Shown: positions 49,367 through 58,384 of the stretch, in pieces
Layout of the letters: each line of letters begins with the position of its first letter
Position numbering within the stretch: position 1 is the stretch's first letter
Source of the DNA: a virus
DNA: 64,000 nucleotides
Direction: 5' to 3' (one strand)
IMG/VR virus record: IMGVR_UViG_3300032046_000019
Coordinates: 5,321 to 69,320 of that record
The notes under the pieces: model-generated
Databases searched by the model: none
What the model saw: only the letters and a program-made list of their open reading frames with translations
What the model was told of the DNA's origin: nothing
Made by a program: the position numbers and the translations under genes

Positions 49367-49428
49367 TTTATTTTTCTCCTGCCAATAAATATTATATTAT
49401 TGACAAGAAAACATTTTAAATTTTTAAT

Positions 49429-52400
49429 TTAATTACATTTACTATTGCCGCAACTTGTGCAAGAGAGGCAGCCTTCCAAGTAAGCTAAATCTTCCGATCC
49501 ACAAGAGTCACATTTCTTTTTAATTTTTGTGCCATCTTTAATGTATGTTTTAAGTACTCTAGAAATTGCCTTAGAAAAAGAAAACAAGTCACTATCTTTT
49601 TCTCCACCCTTAACAACTTGTTCTACCACAAACTGTACGGCTGTGCCATGTCTTAAAGCCAAAGATAAAGTTCTTGTAAATGCGCTCTCAGTATCGTTCG
49701 CAAATACTTTTGCTAAATCTTTTACAATAATCTCGTTATCACCTTCACCAATTATAACATTATAGGTTCCGTTTTTCTTAATAAATCCTTTTTTAGCAGA
49801 TTTTGGAATAGAAATATGTTCTGAGCGTCCAGCGAAAATTTCATATGGTTTATCGTGATATAAACCAACAAACGCATTCCACTTCTCACCTTTCACTGTA
49901 ATTTGATAGATGTCACAAGGTAACATTTCAGGTCGTTTTGGAGCGTGTGTTTCAATAAAGTCTTCTGTTATTATTTGTTTTTGTTTTGTTTCCGCTATTA
50001 ACACGCCATCACGACAACCATCACGATATATTGTTACTCCTTTGGTTCCTGATAACCAACCAGTCATGTATATATCTGATACTGTTTCTTTTGAAATATC
50101 TGATGGTAAATTTGTTGTATTGGAAATACTATGACATATCCACTTTTGAGCGGCAGCTTGAGCTTTTATCTTCATTCCCCAATCAATATCATTTGCTCTT
50201 GCCTTGTAATAAGGGCTATCTTCTATTGCTTCTTTGCCCGCAACTTGCATCCATTTTTTATATTGATGATGATACACTTTATATTCTTGCCATTTTATTC
50301 CAGTGGCATCAATAAAATCAACTCTCGCTTCTTTATCATTAGAATTTATTTTTTTTCTTCTCTTGTAAATTACTTCAAAAGCAGGTTCTATTCCTGAGGT
50401 TGTCTGTGTGAGAATTGAAACCGAACCTGCGGGTGCTGTCGTGGTTAGAGCAATATTGCGTCTTCCGTATTTTTCCCAATTTTTTCTAAGATTTTCATCA
50501 AGATTCATTATTCTATTTATAAAAACATGCTCTTTTTCAAGATTGTAATCATAAACAGGAAATGCACCACGTTCTTTTGCAAGATTTACAGTTTCTCTAT
50601 AAGCATTTAATCCAAGTTGTTTATATATTTCTTCAATAACTTCAACAGATTTTTCTGTTCCATAATGAATATTAAGAGCAGCCATTGTATCTCCGATAGC
50701 TGTTACACCAAGACCAGTTCTTCTTCCGTTAATTGCTGCTTTTTTAATTTTTTTCCATAAATCTAATTCAACTTGTTTAACTTCTTGTGGTTCAGGATCT
50801 ATTTCAACTTTATTAATAATTTTATCAATACATTCAAGTTCGAGATCAATCATATCATCCATAAGACGTTGAGAAATTTTTGTAATTTTTGAAAAATTCT
50901 CATAATCAAATTCTGCACCAGATGTAAATTGATTTTTTACAAATGAAAGAGTATTGATTAATAATAAACGGCACGAATCATATGGGCTAAGAACAATTTC
51001 ACCACAATTGAATACATGGACTCCCATGTAGGATACATTATCAACAACTTTTGTAATAACAGAAACCATATGATTGTCATCAGCCGTGATATTGTAAACG
51101 TCATGCAGTCCCTCAATCTCAACAACGGAAACTACTTTGTGATTGTAGTTTGTTCCTGCTTCTTGTACTTCTTTCCAATTTTGAAATCCATATTTTGTCT
51201 TGAGTCTATATGATAGATTCTCTTGTTTGCAAGCTTGCTCCCATTCTTTCATCAATGGTTTACGTTCAAGATCAAACTTTAGTTTTGAAAACATTTGAGC
51301 TTGCTTGATTTTTATCGAATCAAGCTTTACCTTGTAGGTTTCATTTAATGTCTTTGTTCTTGCTGTGTTGATATCTTTGTTGCTGTTAACGTATATCAAA
51401 GAACACGCCTGAGAGCAAAATGAAGCTTCTCTTTGTAGGTGATTGATTGAGAATTTTGAGTCACAGATCTCACAGATCTTTTCTACAAAGACCTGATTAT
51501 CAACAATATTAGCCACATATCCTTGAGATAGCATATTTTGCAATGTCTTGACAACTCTTGGATCGGTATCAATGTGATCGTAACCAAATTCAATAGCACA
51601 TAATTTTGCCAATTCTGTTGGATTGGCTGCAAGCGTTTTTCTAAAGTCAGTAAAACCACTAGGTAATTGATTCATAGAAGCAAATTGCTCCCATTCATTT
51701 AGACTAAAACGTCTACCAAGTGTCTTTGTTAGTTCTGTGGCTTTATTTTTAATCTCTTCATTTGTAACAGAATATGAATTACCATTTGCAAAACCTTTAC
51801 AATCATGTTCAGCGTGAAATTGTTGATGTTCTTTGAATGTCATTATTTCAAGATTATCTGGACTATTGTTAAGTCCGTTATAATCCTTATGATGAACAAC
51901 AAGTCCACCCGTATTTGCCCAACCAGACTTTTTCGCATTTTCATAAACAGCATTCCACTTTTTTGGATTGTTATATTGAGCAATCAAACGATGCTCATAC
52001 ACTCTATTTTTAGTCATATCTTTAGTGTTACAATGAACAAGATAATATGGTTTACTATCTTTTTTTATAGATTGTGCGTACTTAGAAAATCGCGGCAAAC
52101 TATCACCAGAAACTAAATCTTTAGCTTGTTTTCTTGTGCCATCTTTTAATAAAAACTCATGATTAGGAGTTACATCTAAGAACGACATATCATCTAATGT
52201 AACTCTTACGATTTTTTGATTATGTCCCGTTATTCTTGGATTTCTACCTGTTTTAATTTCTACCAAACCAGTAGATGGATTCAAAGAATATACTGGAACA
52301 TCTTTTCCTTCTTCTGATAATTGTTTAATTGAAACAGCATTTCTGCCATCTGCTACAGCAATCAAAGTTTCGCCAGAAAAACATGGATTAGTGCTTACAG

Positions 52401-53259
52401 TTCCAAATCCTTGTTCTTTATAACACTCAGTAGGAGTTGTATTAATAATATTATCCCAAAAAAGCAATCCAGGCTCAGCACTTATCCATGCTGAATCAAT
52501 AATTTGATCCCAAATTTGTTTGGCATTTATTTCTTTTCTTATTTGAGGATTTACTTTATTATCAACTGGAAATCTTACTTCATAATTTTTATTATCTTTT
52601 ACAGCATTCATAAACTCATCACTAAGACGAATAGAAATATTTGCACCAGTAACTTTTTTAAGATCTCTTTTAATATTAATAAAGGTTTCTATTTCAGGAT
52701 GGTGTATTGATATAGAGAGCATCAAAGCGCCACGACGACCCGACTGAGCACATTCAATCGTACTATTACTATATCTTTCCATAAAAATAGCAATTCCATC
52801 TGTGGTTTTTGCTGCATTTTTAGTAATAAGACCCTTTGGTCTAATTGTGGATATATCAAACCCTACGCCGCCGCGACGTTTCATAATTTGAATTTGTTCT
52901 TGATCTGTTTTGAGAATGCCACCATATGAATCATAGGGGGATTCGATAACAAAACAATTTGATATAGAAACGGTTTGATATGGATTTCCAATTCCAGACA
53001 TTGGTGAACCTTGAGGAATAATATATTTAAAATCTTTCAAATAAGAATAAATTTCATCCTCCGACAAAGGATTTGGATATTTTTGTTCTATTCTGGCAAA
53101 TTCTTTAGCTAATCTTTTATGCATGTCATCTGGTGTTTTTTCCAAAATATCTCCTTCAGGAGATGTTAATGCATACTTCCCTAAAAACACTTGTGCTGCT
53201 AATTCATCTCCATTAAAATATTCAATTGAATCTTTAATTGCTTCTTCGTAAGTTGCCAT
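49429..53259 (-). CDS. nrdJ: class II (adenosylcobalamin) ribonucleotide reductase with intein
   Basis: SNCFV, RRGA, NP[intein]CGE, APAGS, SGIEP, YRDGCR, C-terminal Zn ribbon. Confidence 0.93.
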   Translation of the reverse strand: MATYEEAIKDSIEYFNGDELAAQVFLGKYALTSPEGDILEKTPDDMHKRLAKEFARIEQKYPNPLSEDEIYSYLKDFKYIIPQGSPMSGIGNPYQTVSISNCFVIESPYDSYGGILKTDQEQIQIMKRRGGVGFDISTIRPKGLITKNAAKTTDGIAIFMERYSNSTIECAQSGRRGALMLSISIHHPEIETFINIKRDLKKVTGANISIRLSDEFMNAVKDNKNYEVRFPVDNKVNPQIRKEINAKQIWDQIIDSAWISAEPGLLFWDNIINTTPTECYKEQGFGTVSTNPCFSGETLIAVADGRNAVSIKQLSEEGKDVPVYSLNPSTGLVEIKTGRNPRITGHNQKIVRVTLDDMSFLDVTPNHEFLLKDGTRKQAKDLVSGDSLPRFSKYAQSIKKDSKPYYLVHCNTKDMTKNRVYEHRLIAQYNNPKKWNAVYENAKKSGWANTGGLVVHHKDYNGLNNSPDNLEIMTFKEHQQFHAEHDCKGFANGNSYSVTNEEIKNKATELTKTLGRRFSLNEWEQFASMNQLPSGFTDFRKTLAANPTELAKLCAIEFGYDHIDTDPRVVKTLQNMLSQGYVANIVDNQVFVEKICEICDSKFSINHLQREASFCSQACSLIYVNSNKDINTARTKTLNETYKVKLDSIKIKQAQMFSKLKFDLERKPLMKEWEQACKQENLSYRLKTKYGFQNWKEVQEAGTNYNHKVVSVVEIEGLHDVYNITADDNHMVSVITKVVDNVSYMGVHVFNCGEIVLSPYDSCRLLLINTLSFVKNQFTSGAEFDYENFSKITKISQRLMDDMIDLELECIDKIINKVEIDPEPQEVKQVELDLWKKIKKAAINGRRTGLGVTAIGDTMAALNIHYGTEKSVEVIEEIYKQLGLNAYRETVNLAKERGAFPVYDYNLEKEHVFINRIMNLDENLRKNWEKYGRRNIALTTTAPAGSVSILTQTTSGIEPAFEVIYKRRKKINSNDKEARVDFIDATGIKWQEYKVYHHQYKKWMQVAGKEAIEDSPYYKARANDIDWGMKIKAQAAAQKWICHSISNTTNLPSDISKETVSDIYMTGWLSGTKGVTIYRDGCRDGVLIAETKQKQIITEDFIETHAPKRPEMLPCDIYQITVKGEKWNAFVGLYHDKPYEIFAGRSEHISIPKSAKKGFIKKNGTYNVIIGEGDNEIIVKDLAKVFANDTESAFTRTLSLALRHGTAVQFVVEQVVKGGEKDSDLFSFSKAISRVLKTYIKDGTKIKKKCDSCGSEDLAYLEGCLSCTSCGNSKCN
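51007..52383 (-). mobile_element. intein (459 aa) carrying an HNH homing endonuclease
   Basis: CFSGET start, VTPNHEF block B, VYNITADDNH block F, FN/C end; HNH VHHKDYNGLNNSPDNL. Confidence 0.9.
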
Positions 53260-53427
53260 ATAATATTTTATACTCCTGTAAATTTTGTGTTGGTGATTGT
53301 TTAATTATTGTCTTTTTAAGAAAAATTTCTTATTAAAGAAACTATTTTTATACCTATAAAATAGACACTTTATAAGTTTGGAAATGCTATATATCTATCA
53401 AGTGTGAATTTATCAGAAACAATAAAA

Positions 53428-55908
53428 TCAAACTATTTTTTTCAAAGTTAATCCATTGGATTCTTCTTTGTTTTTTTGTACTCTTATAAATGCTGCTCTT
53501 AATGATGATCTTTGTGTTTCTTTTTCACTATTGGTATCGTTGCTATCTACACCACGCATTTCTTCTTCGCTTAAAATTCTCAATTTTGATTTTGAAGTAT
53601 CTAAGTGAGCTTTTAATACAATGCCATCTATTCCTGCTCTATTTTTTGCAATATAGAGTGTTGCGAATCCAGTTGACTTTTCTGTCTGTTTTCTAGATAA
53701 ACCTAATATAAAATCACAAATATGAGCTTGACCATAAGATTCTGCCATGTTTGTAGTATCAATTAGTTCACTTGAGGCACCCTCTCTATTACTTTGGGTA
53801 GCTGTCCAAACAGGAATATCTGCTTCCCCAGCAAATCCACGTAGTTCTTCGAAAATTTTCTTTAATTCAAATCTAGGAGCATCATATTTTTCACTAGATC
53901 TCATAATACCGGCATAATCGATAACAATCATATCTGGTTTGAATCCAGTATTAGATAATCTTTCTATGTGATTTCTTAACATTTGAACAGTGCAAGTTCC
54001 GGTTGGATAATATTTTACAAATAGCTTTCCATAATTGTCTTTATTTGCTCTATAGTGTTCTTTTATTTCTTCCTTGTTTTCAAAACAATAAGTTGAAGAA
54101 ATATCAACCAAGTGAGAATCTATACGAACACCAAGTGCTCTTTCATTTAACTCAAAGGTATAAAAAATAACATTTTTGCCTTGTTTTAAGCCTTGTGCGG
54201 CTAAGTGAACAAGTACATGTGATTTTCCACAATTTCTATTAACGTCCATATTTTGAGTTAGATATAAATTATCAGAATCTACCGTAAATCCGTAAAAATT
54301 ATCATTTTCTAATTCTTCTATTGAAAATTTACATACATTGTGTCTAGTATTACTTGTTGTGTTTATAGCTGCTTGTTTTCTTTCAAGTTTAGTTGGTATT
54401 GAATGTAAATCACCTGTTATAAAAAGTCTGTTATAAGTTGTGTTATATTTTTTGTCAAACTTTTTTCTTTCAGTCACTGCGAAACCTAAAGAACGAGATA
54501 AAAACGCTACATCATTAGCTAATTGAATAGATTTTGTACAGTATTCTACTGAATTTCTATTTTTCTTCAAAGACCCATCTGTATCAATTAGACCAGCAAG
54601 TAATTTAAGTCTATTGTCCTTTGAAGATATCTTGTATTCATGTGGAATAAATTTATCACCACTTAACTTGTTAATAAGCTTTAGGCTTCTAAGCGAATTT
54701 CTTAATACATTATTGTGTTTATAACTCGTTGTTCCATAAATACCAATTGCCTTGTTATCTTTTTTATAGTGATGTGAATAGTTCATACCAATAGAATTGA
54801 GATAGCGTTCATAAGTTTGTTTTATTTCAGAATCTGCTGTTGTTAGCTCAATTCTATTTTCTTTAATTGAGCCATCTCCAAGCAGTAATCCTAAAACATA
54901 TGGTTCGATTAATAATTCTTTATAGAATTTTTCTTTAAATTCAATTCCATTAGCAGGTTGATACCAAAAATGTACGTGTTTAAACCACTTTGATGATTTC
55001 AAATAATCTTTAATAGTAATTTCTACATGTTTTTTTGTTACTGAACTTGTTAGAGCAAGAGTATGATTTTCATTATATACTTGCTCGTAGCCCCAACGAG
55101 TTTTAACTTTATACATCTTTTCATTACCGCGAACCAAATTTAAAACATTACGAGGTCTACTGTCTGGTCCCATTATTTTGGCACCAACTTCAATATCTTC
55201 TACGTTTTTGAGTGTTCCATTGAACATTAATATTTTTGTTCCCTTTGCATGACAACCTGTAGGAGCCACAACTACTCCAATTTCCCCGGCACCAAGTCCA
55301 CCATTAAGAACATCTCTCTTGTCTAGCTCGGGAATGCCTGTAGCAATCGTTTTACGGTACGTTGTAGAGTAACGTGCCTCAATGTCTTCTTCATCTCCGA
55401 TGGTCAATCCTGGAGTTATTGTGGAGCCTGCAACGAGGGCATCTTTAATAACATTTGTTACCTTGTCATAATTTTCTGTAACAATAAGTTCAACGCAACT
55501 CTCTAGTGCATTTTGCAATGATTGTTTTTTGCAAAACTCTAGTGAGCGTTCTTTGACATATGCTAAGTCACCAGCATTTTCATTCTTAATGATTTTTTCT
55601 AAAAACAATTTAACTTGTTGTTTCAGTCCTGCGTCTTTAGAGTTTCCTAAGTCCTGAACTAAAATCCCAGTTAATAACTCAGTGGATGGGAATTCTTTAT
55701 ATTTTTTATGATAGGAAACATATTTGTCTGCAATTAATTTTAAATAATTGTACTCAAAAAACTCAACATTCAAAACTTCGGAAAATTGAGCAGACCAGTT
55801 GCGGTCATTGATCATTGCTTGAATTATTTTTTCTTGAAAAGATTTATCAAACGCAAAGTATTTTTTTGTGTTTTTGTTATCGTTATTTGATTCAGATTCT
55901 TGAGTCAT
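53428..55908 (-). CDS. dnaB: replicative helicase (DnaB/gp41-like) with intein
   Basis: ATGIPELD, APTG[intein]CGKS, FELNE, IDYA, TATQSNR, AKNRAG; start MTQES. Confidence 0.92.
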   Translation of the reverse strand: MTQESESNNDNKNTKKYFAFDKSFQEKIIQAMINDRNWSAQFSEVLNVEFFEYNYLKLIADKYVSYHKKYKEFPSTELLTGILVQDLGNSKDAGLKQQVKLFLEKIIKNENAGDLAYVKERSLEFCKKQSLQNALESCVELIVTENYDKVTNVIKDALVAGSTITPGLTIGDEEDIEARYSTTYRKTIATGIPELDKRDVLNGGLGAGEIGVVVAPTGCHAKGTKILMFNGTLKNVEDIEVGAKIMGPDSRPRNVLNLVRGNEKMYKVKTRWGYEQVYNENHTLALTSSVTKKHVEITIKDYLKSSKWFKHVHFWYQPANGIEFKEKFYKELLIEPYVLGLLLGDGSIKENRIELTTADSEIKQTYERYLNSIGMNYSHHYKKDNKAIGIYGTTSYKHNNVLRNSLRSLKLINKLSGDKFIPHEYKISSKDNRLKLLAGLIDTDGSLKKNRNSVEYCTKSIQLANDVAFLSRSLGFAVTERKKFDKKYNTTYNRLFITGDLHSIPTKLERKQAAINTTSNTRHNVCKFSIEELENDNFYGFTVDSDNLYLTQNMDVNRNCGKSHVLVHLAAQGLKQGKNVIFYTFELNERALGVRIDSHLVDISSTYCFENKEEIKEHYRANKDNYGKLFVKYYPTGTCTVQMLRNHIERLSNTGFKPDMIVIDYAGIMRSSEKYDAPRFELKKIFEELRGFAGEADIPVWTATQSNREGASSELIDTTNMAESYGQAHICDFILGLSRKQTEKSTGFATLYIAKNRAGIDGIVLKAHLDTSKSKLRILSEEEMRGVDSNDTNSEKETQRSSLRAAFIRVQKNKEESNGLTLKKIV
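54232..55254 (-). mobile_element. intein (341 aa) with LAGLIDADG endonuclease in Walker A
   Basis: CHAKGT start, NENH, LGLLLGDG and LAGLIDTDG, FYGFTVDSDNLY, RN/C end. Confidence 0.92.
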
Positions 55909-55934
55909 GCATATCCTTGTTGTTGTTTTAAAAG

Positions 55935-55971
55935 AAAAAAAAGTAGACAACGGAATTTACCCATTGCCTAC
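55935..55971 (-). terminator. intrinsic terminator/attenuator between exonuclease and helicase
   Basis: GUAGGCAAUGG-7nt-CCGUUGUCUAC-U8 (2 G-U pairs). Confidence 0.7.
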
Positions 55972-55998
55972 AAAGTCTCACCACTTACTATAGATAGT

Positions 55999-57015
55999 CT
56001 AGTTACAACATAAAGTCATTTTCATTGTTGAAGCTAGTTTATCGAAATCAATATCTGTTATTATTTGATTGGAAATTAAGCCTTTTATTAAGCCTAATTT
56101 GTCCATTTTCGGTTCAAAAGTATCGACAGCATATTCTATTTTTTGTATTTGACTTGTAGACATTGAATTTGAACTTAGATACATAAGTTTCCAATTTCTT
56201 TCTACGATCATTCTAGCATCAATGATGTCCTTATATACCTTGATCTTCGTTCCTTGTGTTACCATTTGTTCACAATATTCAATCAAGTCTCCAACACAAT
56301 AATCAGTGGTTATCTCATTGAATCCTGGTATTCTTTTTGTTAGAGTTTTGAATCCTACTCCTCCTACTCCGTTAATGTTATCTGACTCATCTCCTACAAC
56401 AGATTTTGCCAGTGCAAAATTATTTGGAGAAATGTCAAACATTTCCAGAACTGCTTGTTCGTTTACTATAATTTTTTTTGTTGGCTCAAATATTTCAACT
56501 TGTTTATCATCTAGCAGTTGATAAAAATCTTTATCAGATGACACAATTATTTTTTTACCACTTGTGTTTTTAAATTTGTATTTTGTAAGATATCCAATTA
56601 CATCATCTCCTTCAACATCTTGAACATACAATTGACATACTGGAATGTGCTTTAATACATTTATTAAAATATTAAGTTGTTGTTCTTTGTTATCCGCATC
56701 TTTTTGTATCCACTTCCTATTATCTTCTTTTTTTATTTCTTTAAAAGTCTTTTTATCTTTTTCTCTATTAGCTTTATATCCTTCAAAAATTTTCTTTCTT
56801 CTTTGTGAACCGCCACCTGATTCCCAAGCTATGAAAACTTTTGATGGAATCATATCTCTGACCAAGGCATTTAAGGATCTAATAAATCCAACTACACCAC
56901 CAACAGGTATTCCCTGTGCTGTTATTGTTTCATTAACCATGAAGTTTCTTATAAATAAATTCATGCCATCAATAATCATTATTGGACGATGTTCTTGATT
57001 TTTAGTTTTTAACAT
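55999..57015 (-). CDS. 5'-3' exonuclease / RNase H (FEN family)
   Basis: IIDGMN, YKANR, EGDDVIG, SSDKDFYQL, GDESDNINGVGGVG. Confidence 0.92.
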   Translation of the reverse strand: MLKTKNQEHRPIMIIDGMNLFIRNFMVNETITAQGIPVGGVVGFIRSLNALVRDMIPSKVFIAWESGGGSQRRKKIFEGYKANREKDKKTFKEIKKEDNRKWIQKDADNKEQQLNILINVLKHIPVCQLYVQDVEGDDVIGYLTKYKFKNTSGKKIIVSSDKDFYQLLDDKQVEIFEPTKKIIVNEQAVLEMFDISPNNFALAKSVVGDESDNINGVGGVGFKTLTKRIPGFNEITTDYCVGDLIEYCEQMVTQGTKIKVYKDIIDARMIVERNWKLMYLSSNSMSTSQIQKIEYAVDTFEPKMDKLGLIKGLISNQIITDIDFDKLASTMKMTLCCN

Positions 57016-57087
57016 ATTCTTAGTTTACCAAATTATGTTTTAACAGTATACACGAAAAACAATTATCTTACGATATTTAATGTCACT

Positions 57088-57516
57088 ATGAGTACAAAAA
57101 ATTCAAAAGACTTAATAAGAGACTTAATAAAAGAAGAATTGATTTTATATAAACAAAAACAAATAAATGAAAGTTTTGTTGGCGTTGCTATGTTGGCTGC
57201 TCTTGGGGCAGTTATAACAAAAGTTGTAACATCTGTTATGAAAGATTATTCACAAAATATACAAAGTGGGCAAAAGGCAACAAGCGAAGCCTCTATGAAA
57301 TATTTATCTAATCTAATGAAAACTTCTTTTTTGTCCGACCCAAGAGTGACCTCTCAGATAGAGTCATATAAAAGTTTAAAGACTCCTGAAGATAAAGAGA
57401 AAATTAAAACAGAGATTTTTAGACTTATTAAGTCAACATTGGAAAATAAATTCAATATTGAACCAAGAGACTCCAGTAAAATATCATATATCGTTGTTAC
57501 TGATTTATTCAGATAA
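57088..57516 (+). CDS. leader-bearing protein with hydrophobic helix
   Basis: LIRDLIKEEL...INE-S followed by FVGVAMLAALGAVI; antisense insert. Confidence 0.7.
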   Translation: MSTKNSKDLIRDLIKEELILYKQKQINESFVGVAMLAALGAVITKVVTSVMKDYSQNIQSGQKATSEASMKYLSNLMKTSFLSDPRVTSQIESYKSLKTPEDKEKIKTEIFRLIKSTLENKFNIEPRDSSKISYIVVTDLFR

Positions 57517-57708
57517 ACGTTCTATCAGTTCTTTTTTTATGGCGGTACCAACAACTGCTCCAGCAAAAACAATTCCAAGTGCTTTAAATGTTATATCTTC
57601 GCCGCTTGTAGCGACCATTAATACACTTGTGGCTCCTACAATTAATAGAGGCCCAATTAAATAATATTTTATTCTACCAAGAATTGTATCTTTTACATTT
57701 TTTTTCAT
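57505..57708 (-). CDS. small two-TM membrane protein (holin candidate)
   Basis: 67 aa, two hydrophobic helices, charged ends. Confidence 0.55.
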   Translation of the reverse strand: MKKNVKDTILGRIKYYLIGPLLIVGATSVLMVATSGEDITFKALGIVFAGAVVGTAIKKELIERLSE

Positions 57709-57736
57709 TATTATATCTCCTAAACATAAATAGAAA

Positions 57737-58381
57737 CTATAAACATACTTTATTTTTTATAAATAATTCTTCTATATAACATGGCAATGTTTCATACCAG
57801 GTTTTTTCTTTAAAAACATCAGGTAAGTTTAAAGTAATAATATCATTATAAGGTGAATTTTCTGGTGTGCTCCACTTTCTTGTATTTAAAATATAATTGT
57901 AAAATTGAACATAGGCATTTGCTTTTTGTATATAAGAATTTACATCTATTCTTAGATTATATTTTTTTATTTTTTCTACTGTTCTTTTCTCACAATCAAG
58001 TTCCAGTTCTCTAGTTCGTTCAATGTGAAATTTTATATTTTCAATTTCATTACCACTAAGCCAACTATCAACTATATCACAAGAAAGATTGTTCTCCCAA
58101 ATTTTATCATTTTCTAACCACTGATCCATATGACAGGATTCGTGTACTAATGTCGAAAGAAAATTTTCTTGGATATTTTTTATGTTTTTTAAATTTTTTC
58201 CAATTGAACAAACAAGAATTGGACTTTTGGTTTTTTTATCAACATTGTCAAAATACCCACAACACTCTATTGAATCCAAATACATAATAGAATCTGTTTT
58301 TGATAAAATCAATTCTACATTACTTTGTTCACATAAAATTTTTAAGTCATTTACAAATATTTGTTGTGGGCTTTTAATCAT
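57737..58381 (-). CDS. HExxH zincin-like protein
   Basis: LVHESCHMDQW...ELELDCE. Confidence 0.65.
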   Translation of the reverse strand: MIKSPQQIFVNDLKILCEQSNVELILSKTDSIMYLDSIECCGYFDNVDKKTKSPILVCSIGKNLKNIKNIQENFLSTLVHESCHMDQWLENDKIWENNLSCDIVDSWLSGNEIENIKFHIERTRELELDCEKRTVEKIKKYNLRIDVNSYIQKANAYVQFYNYILNTRKWSTPENSPYNDIITLNLPDVFKEKTWYETLPCYIEELFIKNKVCL

Positions 58382-58384
58382 ATT

